Shown piece after piece: positions 1 to 10,533 of a DNA stretch of 64,000 bases (its first letter is position 1; each line of letters begins with the position of its first letter). Source of the stretch: Basidiobolus meristosporus CBS 931.73 (taxonomy: Eukaryota > Fungi > Basidiobolomycota); contig MCFE01000057.1 in assembly GCA_002104905.1 (NCBI GenBank), positions 1-64,000 on the forward strand, written 5' to 3'. The notes below the pieces were generated by a model. That model saw only the letters and a program-made list of their open reading frames with translations, was not told the DNA's origin and did no database searches. The position numbers and the translations under genes are program-made.

Positions 1-154
1 ATTTTCATGTTCTGGGTACCTGGTATATTGATGAAAATATTCCAAGTAAATCCCAACATGGAATTTGGTCAGTACTCTCTAGGATTTGAAGGTGATGATC
101 TAGGTGACTAAGTTAGGTGAATATTTAGGTGGAATTATACATTTTTATACAACA
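1..154 (-). repeat. Partial copia LTR, truncated by the window edge
   Basis: Near-identical to 1545-1695. Begins TGTTGT on the minus strand right after the polypurine tract GAGTGGGAG (155-163). Confidence 0.9.
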
Positions 155-1048
155 CTCCCACTCAGCTAAATGTTCATACTGACTAGTCCTAATTTTGACC
201 TAAGATATTCAAACTGGTCTCTAGCTAATGGTTTGGTAAATATGTCTGCAATCATTTCATCTGTAGGACAGTAAACTAAGCTAACTAAGTTATTCTCTAT
301 AGCTTCACATATGAAATGATGTCTAATATCTATGTGCTTGGTTCTAGCATGAAAAGTTGGATTTCTACCTAATTGTATACATCCTTGATTATCTTGAAAT
401 AAAGTAATAGGCGTTTTTTGACATAGGCCTAAATCTGTAAAGAGCTTTCTTAACCACATTGCTTCTTTTGTAGCTTCACAGGCTGCCATATACTCTGCCT
501 CTGTGGTGGAAAGTGCTATGGTTGGTTGCTTTCTTGAATTCCATGAAATTGCTCCTTTACAGTAAAGAAAGGTGTATCCTGTGGTGGATCTTCTGTCTTC
601 CAAGTTTTGTCCCCAATCAGCATCAGAGTATCCCACAAGATCCTGCTCTGAATCCTTATAAGTGTATCTTAAGCAGATATCAGCAGTTCCTTTTAGGTAT
701 CTAAAAATCCGCTTAACTGCTGCAATATGATCAGATCCATAGTTCTGATTATGTTGGCTGACAACTCCCACTGAATATGAGATATCTGGACGTGTTCAAA
801 GCATGATATACATCAGACTGCCGACTATAGATTGATAAGGAAAGTCAGGGCTCTCAGAAGGCACCAAGCTCTCTTGATTTGGTTGAGTTTTGACCAAGTT
901 AAGGTTTCTCTCCATTGGGGTAGCTGCCAGTTTACAATCCTCCATTTGGTACTTCTTTAGTATATCTTGAATATACTTGTATTGGCTTAGGGTAATAGTC
1001 AGGGTACTTCTGTCTATGGAGAACTTAATCCCTAAGTAGTTACTAAGT
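155..1048 (-). mobile_element. Copia pol 3' fragment (RT C-terminus + RNase H), duplicate of 1696-~2590
   Basis: ORF 166-771 has copia RNase H motifs (GYSDADW, STTEAEY, HARTKHIDIRHHF, ADIFTK). It differs from ORF 1707-2312 at only 2 residues; offset is 1541 bp. Confidence 0.9.
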
Positions 1049-1344
1049 TGAAGCTATAGAGAATAATTTAGTAAACTTAGATTAATGTCTTACAGATGGA
1101 ACTATTGCAGACATATTTACCAAACCATAGCTAGAGACAAATTTGAGTATTTTAGGACACAATTAGTACTAGTCAGCCTGAGCATTTAGTTGAGTATGAT
1201 TGTTGTAAAAGCTTGTAATTCCAGCTAAACAGTCACCTAACTTGGTCACTTAGATCATTACCTACAGATCTTAGAGAATAATGACCAAATTCATCTTTGG
1301 GACTTACTAAATTATTCTAACTGAAAGTTTTAGGTACTCAGAAC
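1049..1344 (+). mobile_element. Degenerate plus-orientation copia RNase H tail and partial LTR
   Basis: Translates as EAIENNL...IADIFTKP*ARDKFEYF with stops. LTR start TGTTGTAAAA at 1201, interrupted at 1344 by the next LTR. Confidence 0.75.
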
Positions 1345-1695
1345 TGCAGTAAGAGTCTTGGAGATATTGGAAGTGATTGGGAGAACAAGTAGATAATGTG
1401 GTTTTCACCTAATGATTTATTAAATGTAAAAGTAGTATTTATACTTTTACTTGGTCTTGGCATTACAAGCACATAGAATTGGTTAAGGAAGGTCCCAAGA
1501 ACATGTGTGCAAAGTTTGGGGCTGTTTGGACAACTTTGAGAATTTTCATGTTCTGGGTACCTGGTATATTGATGAAAACATTCTAAGTAAATCCCAACAA
1601 GGAATTTGGTCAGTACTCTCTAGGATTTGAAGGTGATGATCTAGGTGACTAAGTTAGGTGAATATTTAGGTGGAATTATACATTTTTATACAACA
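1345..1695 (-). repeat. 3' LTR of element A
   Basis: Ends TACAACA on the plus strand next to the PPT (1696-1704). About 92% identical to 5682-6030 by hand count. Confidence 0.9.
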
Positions 1696-1706
1696 CTCCC
1701 ACTCAG

Positions 1707-4700
1707 CTAAATGTTCATACTGACTAGTCCTAATTTTGACCTAAGATATTCAAACTGGTCTCTAGCTAATGGTTTGGTAAATATGTCTGCAATCATTTCA
1801 TCTGTAGGACAGTAAACTAAGCTAACTAAGTTATTCTCTATAGCTTCACGTATGAAATGATGTCTAATATCTATGTGCTTGGTTCTAGCATGAAAAGTTG
1901 GATTTCTACCTAATTGTATACATCCTTGATTATGTTGAAATAAAGTAATAGGCGTTTTTTGACATAGGCCTAAATCTGTAAAGAGCTTTCTTAACCACAT
2001 TGCTTCTTTTGTAGCTTCACAGGCTGCCATATACTCTGCCTCTGTGGTGGAAAGTGCTATGGTTGGTTGCTTTCTTGAATTCCATGAAATTGCTCCTTTA
2101 CAGTAAAGAAAGGTGTATCCTGTGGTGGATCTTCTGTCTTCCAAGTTTTGTCCCCAATCAGCATCAGAGTATCCCACAAGATCCTGCTCTGAATCCTTAT
2201 AAGTGTATCTTAAGCAGATATCAGCAGTTCCTTTTAGGTATCTAAAAATCCGCTTAACTGCTGCAATATGATCAGATCCATAGTTCTGATTATGTTGGCT
2301 GACAACTCCCACTGAATATGAGATATCTGGACGTGTTCAAAGCATGATATACATCAGACTGCCGACCATAGATTGATAAGGAAAGTCAGGGCTTTCAGAT
2401 GGCACCAAGCTCTCTTGATTTGGTTGAGTTTTGACCAAGTTGAGGTTTGTCTCCATTGGGGTAGCTGCCGGTTTACAGTCTTACATTTTGTACTTCTTTA
2501 GTAAATCTTGAATATACTTGGATTGGCTTAGGGTAATAGTCTGGGTACTTCTGTCTGTGGAGAACTTAATCCCTAAGTAGTAACTAAGTTCTCCTAGATT
2601 GGACATCTTGAACTCCTTAGATAGGCTGGATTTAGTCTCTTCCAATGTTTCTAGGTTATTGGCGGCTATAATAAGATCATCCACATATAGAGCTAATAGA
2701 GCTGGATTTGCTTTATGTGGCTTATAGTATATACTATAGTCAGCATTACTTCTTTTGAAACTCAAGGATTCCAAATCAGAATCTATCTTGCAATTCCAGG
2801 CTCTTGGTGACTATTTGAGACCATATAGTGACTTTTTAAGCTTGCAGACCAAATGGGGGTTATCTTGGTCAACAAACCCATTAGGCTGGTCCATATACAT
2901 GTCCTCATCAAGTTCTCTATTCAAAAATGCAGTTTTTACATCCATTTGAAGAATAAAAAACTTATATTTGGCTGCAATAGCCAATATTAATCTGATGGAA
3001 TTAAACTTGCTACCGGTGCAAAGGTCTCAGTATAGTCAAGTCCTTTTGTTTGAGAGTATCCTTTGGCTACAAGTCTTGCTTTGTATCTCTCAATTGTACC
3101 ATCAGCCTTGTATTTTGTCTTGAAGACCCATCTGCATCCAGTTGATTTTTGGTTGATAGGTAATTTGACTAAGTCCCAAGTTTGATTTTCCATCAGGGCC
3201 TGATATTCCTCAGTCATTGCAGATCTCCAAAACGTTGTCTGAGGGCTATTTAGGGCCTCTTTTACAGTCTGGGGTTCATCAATATGGACTGAATAGGCAT
3301 AGGCTAAGTTTGTACCCTCATTGATATAGTAATTTGGGCTATTTCTTGTCCGATTTGATCTCCGGGCATTTGATACTGGAATGATGACTTCTGGGATATT
3401 CCTGGGCACTGATTCTGGCTGAACCACAGTTGTAGAGTCCTCTGGAGTGAAAAAATTTTCATTGTTTTGCTCTGATTCAATCCTGACAATTGGTGGACTT
3501 GTGATCAAATTTTTGTCATCATCTGATGTCATTTTTTGTGAGAATTTTGAATTTTCATCAAACAACACATCCCTGGACTTGATCAGCTTCTTTGCTTTGA
3601 TATTGTAGAGTCTGTATGCCTTTCTCTCATTGCAGTAGCCCAAAAACATATAGTTTACACTTTTTGGCTCAAATTTTGACTGATTTCCGGCCAGTTTTTT
3701 GGCATATGCTGTACACCCAAATATTCTTAGATGTTCTGCACTTGGTCTGTATCCATACCATGCTTCAAATGGAGTAGAATCACAAAGTATTCTGTTATAA
3801 CTCCTATTTTTGAGATATACAGCAGTGGCAACTGATTCCGCCCAAAAATCATAGGATAATTCTTGATCATGGATCATAGATCTTGCCATATCAATTATTG
3901 ATCTGTTAGCTCATTCTGCTACTCCATTTTGCTGTGGGGAGTATGGTACAGTAGTCTTTTGCTTTATCCCATGAATTTTGCAGAAGTGGATGAAGAGTCT
4001 TGAGGTATATTCTCCACCATTGTCAGAGCGTATTTTCTTGATTTTTTCACCAGTTTCTCTCTCCATCATGGCTTTAAACTCCCTAAACTTAGACAGAGCT
4101 TCTTCCTTTCTCTCCATGAAGTAGACCCATGTGTATCTTGTATAATCATCAATAAAAGTGATTAGATACTTCATCCCGCCTAAGGATAAATTTTGCATAG
4201 GTCCACACAGATCTGAGTGAATTAGATCTAGTTTTTTCTTAGTTTTGATTAACTCAGAGCTCTTGAACAGTTGTCTGGCTTGTTTCCCATATATGCAAGC
4301 TTCACAGTGCTCCAAATTAGCTGGGGGATCAATTTTCACTCCAGAAATTAGCTGATCTTTGATCATTTTACGCAAATAATCGAAATTGATATGCCCAAAT
4401 CTCCTGTGCCAAAGCATTCGTGTTTCTTCATTTAAGTTACTTATATTGGCTTCCAAATATGATGGAATATAAGTCAACTTGTATAGATTCTGATCTCTGA
4501 TGCCCAAAGCAATATGGGCACCATTTTGATCAATGATCCTGCATCCAGAATTGTCAATACTGAAACTGAGTCCTTCTGCTGAGGCCTTGCTTACAGAGAG
4601 TAGGTTCTTGGCTATTTCTGGTAAATAGAGTACTTCTTTAAAGGTCAGTGTATGGCTTCCTTCACTGCTTCTAAGGTTTACTGGGATAGTTCCTTCTCCC

Positions 4701-5677
4701 ACTGCATCAAGTGTTCTATTGTCACCCATGAAAACCTTCTTAATTGGAATTTCTTGATATTTGGTAAAAAGTTCTTTTTGGTGTGTAATGTGTTGAGAAG
4801 CTCCAGAGTCAATATACCACATTTGAGAATCCTTGTTTGTGGTCATATTTAGTGCAGATATGAATAGCCTATCTTCAGTTGTTGCAGCATTTCCATATTT
4901 AGGCTTTTTCTGCTGATTATCTTTCTTTTTGAGACACCGGTCTGATGTGTGTCCTTTCCTTTTGCAGTAGTTACAAAACAGGTTTCTGCTGCCTTTGTAG
5001 GGTCTTGGGTATCTTCTTTGTTGGTCATCATTGCTTATTAAAGCATTTTCTTCATCCTTCTTATTAGCGGTTGATTTTCTTAATTCTTCATCCAGGAGCC
5101 TTCCATATACATAATTTAAGGTCAAATCTTCAGTTCTGGACTCTAGGGCTGATACAAGGCCTTGAAACTTGTCTGTCAGGCTATTCAGGATGGTAACTAT
5201 CACATCCTCATCAGTAGTTGGTACGCCCACAGATTCCATCTCATCTATCAGCAGGGTAATTCTGTTAAGTAGATTTTCCATTTCTTCTCCTGGTAGCATC
5301 TTTGTAGTAAAGAATTTTTGTCTTCGATACATTTTCTTGGCAGCTGAACATGACTGGTAGGTGTCTTTTAATGCTTTCCAGGCACTCTTTGCTGTTTTTG
5401 CTCTTGAGCATTGAATTAGCAATTTGTCCCTGACATTAAGGCAAATGCAGTTAAAGGCACTTTGTTCTATCTTCTGGTACTTTAAGGCTTCCTCTCCCAC
5501 GTTTTTAGGAGGGCATTCTTCTCCTATGACAGTATCTCAAAGGCCTCTTTCTTGTAGCAGCATCTTCATTTTCACCTTCCACACTTGGTAGTTAGATCCG
5601 TCCAACTTTTCAGCAGAGGGAAAAATTCCAGTGATAGCAGTAGTAGACATTGCAGAGAGTGACAGCTTGGGGCTCAT
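1707..5677 (-). pseudogene. Copia gag-pol polyprotein, disrupted
   Basis: Split into ORFs 5537-5809, 3911-5500, 2987-3889, 2481-2774 and 1707-2312 by stops and frameshifts, e.g. TGA replacing Trp near 5537 and TGA replacing the NGVAER Arg at 3911. Confidence 0.9.
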
Positions 5678-5681
5678 AACC
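5669..5681 (-). promoter_or_regulatory. Primer-binding site GGTTATGAGCCCC (initiator tRNA-Met anticodon arm; Ty5/copia type)
   Basis: Directly abuts the 5' LTR end (...TACAACA). Complementary to GGGCUCAUAACC of initiator tRNA-Met. Same sequence at 41156-41168 and 53553-53565. Confidence 0.85.
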
Positions 5682-6030
5682 TGTTGTAAGAGTCTTGGAG
5701 ATATTGGAAGTGATTGGGAGAACAAGTAGATTATGTGGTTTTCACTTAATGATTTATTGAATGTAAAAGTAGTATTTATACTTTTACCTGGTCTTGGTAT
5801 TACAAACATGTAGGATAGGTTAAGGAAGATCCTAAGAACATGTGCGCAAAGTTTGGGGCTGTTTGGACAACTTTGAGAATTTTCATGTTTGGGGTACCTG
5901 GTATTTTGGTGAAAATATTCTAAGTAAATCCCAACAAGGAATTTGGTCAGTATTCTCTAGGATTTGAAGGTGATGATCTAAGTGACTAAGTTAGGTGAAT
6001 ATTTAGGTGGAAATACAAATTTTTACAACA
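5682..6030 (-). repeat. 5' LTR of element A (349 bp)
   Basis: TGTTGTA...TACAACA inverted termini. TATAAATA followed by AATAAA on the minus strand. Confidence 0.92.
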
Positions 6031-6890
6031 CAAACTTAGCCTATGCCTATTCAGTCCATATTGATGAACCCCAGACTGTAACAGAGGCCCTAAATAGCCC
6101 TCAGACAAAGTTTTGGAGATCTGCAATGACTGAGGAATATCAGGCCCTGATGGAAAATCAAACTTGGGACTTAGTCAAATTACCAATCAACCAAAAATCA
6201 ACTGGATGCAGATGGGTCTTCAAGACAAAATACAAGGCTGATGGTATAATTGTAAGATACAAAGCAAGACTTGTAGCCAAAGGATACTCTCAAACAAAAG
6301 GACTTGACTATACTGAGACCTTTGCACCGGTAGCAAGTTTAATTCCATCAGATTAATATTGGCTATTGCAGCCAAATATAAGTTTTTTATTCTTCAAATG
6401 GATGTAAAAACTGCATTTTTGAATAGAGAACTTGATGAGGACATGTATATGGACCAGCCTGATGGGTTTGTTGACCAAGATAACCCCCATTTGGTCTGCA
6501 AGCTTAAAAAGTCACTATATGGTCTCAAACAATCACCAAGAGCCTGGAATTGCAAGATAGATTCTTATTTGGAATCTTTGAGTTTCAAAAGAAGTAATGC
6601 TGACTATAGTATATACTATAAGCCAGATAGAGCAAGTCCAGTTCTATTAGCTCTATATGTGGATGATCTTATTATAGCCACCAATAACCTAGAAACATTG
6701 GAAGAGACTAAATCCAGCCTATCTAAGGAGTTCAAGATGTCCGATCTAGAAGAACTTAGTTACTACTTAGGGATTAAGTTCTCCATAGACAGAAGTACCC
6801 AGACTATTACCCTAAGCCAATCCAAGTATATTCAAGATATACTAAAGAAGTACCAAATAGAAGACTGTAAACTGGCAGCTAACCCTCTCT
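6031..6890 (+). mobile_element. Copia reverse transcriptase fragment, plus orientation
   Basis: ORFs 5982-6356 and 6359-6898 contain WVFKTK, YKARLVAKG, QMDVKTAFL, LYGLKQSPRAW, YVDD. Truncated at both ends. Confidence 0.9.
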
Positions 6891-7877
6891 CCTATTAATC
6901 TACTTACAAATTCCCCTGAGCTACACATTCTTGTATCAAAGCTACAACAGTAGCACTGGCTTCTTTGTTTCAACTGAAATAAAGATTTCACCTGTTGGTG
7001 GCTGTCTCCCCCTAACCTAAATAAATTAGAATACTAATTACAGAGGTTCTCTACCTCTTGAATAGCTTCTTTACTTGTACCTAGATTAGTTCTCAAAAGT
7101 AAATATAGATTTCACCAACTTGGAGACTTTCCCTCCCCTAACCCTAAATGGCTTCAACCATTGATGATTATCATCTTCTCTCCAATCCTAAGTGTGCTGC
7201 AACACACCCCCTGTATAATGAATATTAGCCCATATTATATTTCCCTTGTCAATGTGGCTGAAAAATAATTCTTACCACTCTTGCTTCACCCCTCCTGCCA
7301 CTGGACCATGTCTTGAGCACTGAAGAATTATCACTTCTTCACATTGACTTAACTATGAACTCCAAGCAGCTGCACACTCATACATCACAGCTATAGTGGC
7401 AGCACTGGCATCTTTGTTTCAACTGAAACAGAGATTTCTCCTGTTAGTGAATTTCACCCACCCTAACCTTAAGCTCCCACTCTACTGTTCCATTGGATGG
7501 CAGTGCTATCTAATAGGAGATCATAGTAAACTGAAATAATCAATGATGGTGATAAATTCCAGTTAGGCAAGTTGGAGTAGAGGGAATATATTGTTATCAC
7601 AGGAGGATGCTGAGCCGCATCTATTTCCAAAATATACCATTAAATAAGATGTTCAAATCTTCAGTATAGGTGAGAAAGCTAACAACATCCCCAGAGTCCT
7701 CTTGTGGTAGTTTCAGTATAACAACCAATCAATTAGCAGTTGTTTCCCTTATTTTGCATAAGCGATGAAAATACTAGTTGCAATGCTTCATATCATATTT
7801 TATCAAACTGGATGTATGTCCATCCTCTGTAGTAATTAGGAACGAATAAATGATCTTCGATACCTTGTTTGAAATAA

Positions 7878-8028
7878 GAACAAGGCAATAATATATGTCA
7901 CAATCATGAACAAAGGCAGTCGTTTATCTCATAATTACGAACAAAGGTAGTAGTTTATGTCACGATCGCGGATTCTATACTTGATTTACACGCAATCGCG
8001 GCTTCTATATTTGATTTACACACAATCA
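7878..8028. repeat. Degenerate ~30-bp minisatellite (about 5 units) in the urease 3' region
   Basis: Units 7965-7994 ATCGCGGATTCTATACTTGATTTACACGCA and 7995-8024 ATCGCGGCTTCTATATTTGATTTACACACA, preceded by related AACAAAGG...TCAC units. Confidence 0.65.
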
Positions 8029-10533
8029 GAAGATGAAGTGGTTTTGAGCCATGGGTAATTCAGTGGCAGGTGGACAGGTCATATGAACACCATCGGCATA
8101 TACTTCGTAAGTCTCTGGATCAACCTTGATCTCGGGGGTAACACCATTGTGCTTCATGTCAGATTTCTTAAGGCCACGGCACTTCTTGACGGGTACAGGT
8201 TGCTTCTTAAGGTTGTACTTGGCAATGACACCGGAGTCAACAGAATCCTGACTAACAAAAGCAAGCGCACGAATTCCATTACCTGTAGCTCCGTACATTT
8301 CGCGACCAATAACAGGCTGGGTAGTAGGAATGGAGGCGTTGGCATCGCCCATGTTGGCCCAAGCAATCATGCCACCCTTGATGATGAGTTCAGGCTTGGT
8401 ACCAAAGAAGGCTGGGTTGTACATGACAAGATCAGCGTATTTACCAGCTTCGATGGATCCGATCATATGGGAGCAACCGTGTGCGATCGCAGGATTGATG
8501 GTGTACTTAGAAACATAACGCTTGGCACGGAAGTTATCGTTGTTGGGGCTGCATTTCTCTCCAGGGGCGGCCAAATGACCGCGCTGGACCTTGTTCTTGT
8601 GGGCGGTCTTCCAGGTTCTGGAAACAACTTCCCCAATACGTCCCATAGCTTGAGAGTCCGAGGAGATAACAGAGATGGCACCAAGATCGTGGAGGACATC
8701 TTCAGCGGCAATGGTTTCAGCACGGATTCTGGACTCGGCGAAGGCAACATCTTCAGGGATACGCTTGTCAAGATGATGGCAGACCATCAACATATCGACG
8801 TGCTCATCCAGGGTGTTGTTACAATAAGGACGAGTGGGGTTGGTAGAGGAAGGAAGTACAGTTTCTTCACCACAGACACGAATAATATCTGGAGCGTGAC
8901 CACCACCTGCACCTTCTGAGTGATAGGTGTGGATGGTGCGATTCTTGAAGGCAGCGATGGTAGCTTCGACATAACCGGACTCGTTTAAGGTATCGGTGTG
9001 AATGGTGGCCTGGACATCGAATTCTTCGCATACGCTCAAGCAGTTGTCGATTGCGGCTGGGGTAGATCCCCAATCCTCGTGAAGCTTAAGGCCAAGAGCA
9101 CCGGCTCTGACTTGTTCACGAAGGGCCTCAGCATCCGAGCAATTTCCTTTACCGGTGAAGCCCATATTCATGGGAACACTGTCAGTGCTTTGGAGCATGA
9201 ATTGGATGTGGTTAGCTCCAGGAGTACAAGTAGTGGCGTTAGTACCAGTGTTGGGACCAGTTCCACCACCGATCATGGTGGTGATACCACTGCTGAGGGC
9301 TTCTTCAGCCAGTTGTGGGCAGATGAAATGAACGTGTGTATCAATGGCACCAGCAGTGAAGATGTGTCCTTCTCCAGCCAAAGCTTCGGTAGAGGCCCCG
9401 ACCACCAAACCAGGTGTGACGTTGTCCATAACATCGGGGTTACCGGCCTTTCCGATTCCTACAATCATGGAATCCTTGATACCGATATCTGCCTTGACGA
9501 TGCCAGAGTGATCCAAGATGACACAGTTGGTGATGACCAAATCGAGACAGTCATCATCGGCAACGGCAGTTTTCTGGCCCATACCCTCACGAAGAACCTT
9601 ACCACCACCGAACTTACATTCGTCACCATACACGGTGAAGTCCTTCTCGATCTCAATCACGAGTTCGGTATCTCCAAGACGAATCTTGTCACCAACGGTA
9701 GGTCCGTACATGTCGACGTAGGTGGCATGCTCCAAGGTGAATGGAGCTGGTGCGGGAAGAGAGGGCTGCTCACGATGTTGGAAGCCAAGTTGCTTGCAAC
9801 GTTCAACGATCTCAGGCACTCTGGAGCGGTCAACAGGTCCAGTAGCAATGTTGTTACCACCGGTGATGACCTTGTCACCTCCAATATCGACCAAACTGAC
9901 AGTCTTGGATTCTCCAGGTTCGAAACGGACAGCAGTACCGGCAGCAATGTCGAGGCGACGACCGTAGGCAACACCACGGTCAAAGCACAATTCAGCATTG
10001 GCTTCAACAAAGTGGAAGTGAGAACCGACTTGTACGGGTCTATCACCATTGTTGGTGACAGCAAGAGCAACACGTTCTCTGTTGGGGACAAGAATGATCT
10101 TTTCGGTGCGAAGCTCCAACGATCCTGGCAGGGCTTTCTTATCGATGGGGCCAACAGCAGGGAAGACGTCCATGGATGGGATAGGCAAGAAGGAACCATA
10201 GAGAGCAAGCTCAAGGTTACCATCGTCAGTACAGATGGGATCGTGGATGGTCACCAAGAAAGTTCCTTCGGTAAAAGTCCCTTCAACCTGCACTTCGTGC
10301 AGAGTAGCCATAGCAGAAGGACGGATATGTCTTCTACCCAAGAACTGACGGCCGAGGTCCATGATTTCGGCGACAGAGTGTGTTCCATCTCTCATGAACT
10401 CCAGAGCTTGCGATGCAATAAGAGCGCTGGCTTCACTGTGATTGAGCTGGATACCTCTAGCAAGGCGCATCTGGGCCAAGTATCCCACTTGGTGAAGCAT
10501 AAGCTTATCCATTTCTCTGGGGACGAGTCTCAT
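8026..10533 (-). CDS. URE1: Urease, single-chain eukaryotic gamma-beta-alpha fusion, intronless, 835 aa
   Basis: Starts [11 protein letters not shown] at ATG 10533. Ni-ligand motifs intact: [59 protein letters not shown]. Confidence 0.98.
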   Translation of the reverse strand: MRLVPREMDKLMLHQVGYLAQMRLARGIQLNHSEASALIASQALEFMRDGTHSVAEIMDLGRQFLGRRHIRPSAMATLHEVQVEGTFTEGTFLVTIHDPICTDDGNLELALYGSFLPIPSMDVFPAVGPIDKKALPGSLELRTEKIILVPNRERVALAVTNNGDRPVQVGSHFHFVEANAELCFDRGVAYGRRLDIAAGTAVRFEPGESKTVSLVDIGGDKVITGGNNIATGPVDRSRVPEIVERCKQLGFQHREQPSLPAPAPFTLEHATYVDMYGPTVGDKIRLGDTELVIEIEKDFTVYGDECKFGGGKVLREGMGQKTAVADDDCLDLVITNCVILDHSGIVKADIGIKDSMIVGIGKAGNPDVMDNVTPGLVVGASTEALAGEGHIFTAGAIDTHVHFICPQLAEEALSSGITTMIGGGTGPNTGTNATTCTPGANHIQFMLQSTDSVPMNMGFTGKGNCSDAEALREQVRAGALGLKLHEDWGSTPAAIDNCLSVCEEFDVQATIHTDTLNESGYVEATIAAFKNRTIHTYHSEGAGGGHAPDIIRVCGEETVLPSSTNPTRPYCNNTLDEHVDMLMVCHHLDKRIPEDVAFAESRIRAETIAAEDVLHDLGAISVISSDSQAMGRIGEVVSRTWKTAHKNKVQRGHLAAPGEKCSPNNDNFRAKRYVSKYTINPAIAHGCSHMIGSIEAGKYADLVMYNPAFFGTKPELIIKGGMIAWANMGDANASIPTTQPVIGREMYGATGNGIRALAFVSQDSVDSGVIAKYNLKKQPVPVKKCRGLKKSDMKHNGVTPEIKVDPETYEVYADGVHMTCPPATELPMAQNHFIF

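Larger units (their letters stand above)
1345..6030 (-). mobile_element. Full-length (4.7 kb) degenerate Ty1/copia LTR retrotransposon, element A
   Basis: Two ~350-bp LTRs, PBS and PPT. Domain order is gag (zinc knuckle CNYCKRKGHTSDRC), protease (WYIDSGASQH), integrase (LWHRRFGH, HSDLCGP, RSDNGGEY, PQQNGVAE), RT (YKARLVAKG, YVDD), RNase H. Flanks AGAAC/CAAAC do not form a TSD. Confidence 0.95.

Noticed and set aside
5678-5809. Gag ORF extending 44 codons into the LTR
   Set aside because: The extension spans the TATAAATA box, so it lies upstream of the likely transcription start.
7136-7147. CCCTAACCCTAA as an interstitial telomere
   Set aside because: Only two units; kept only as part of the degenerate module.
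8026-10533. Intronless urease as a horizontal transfer candidate
   Set aside because: It has the fused eukaryotic gamma-beta-alpha architecture and a fungal-type N-terminus. Several neighbours are also intronless, and no bacterial ure accessory cluster is present.
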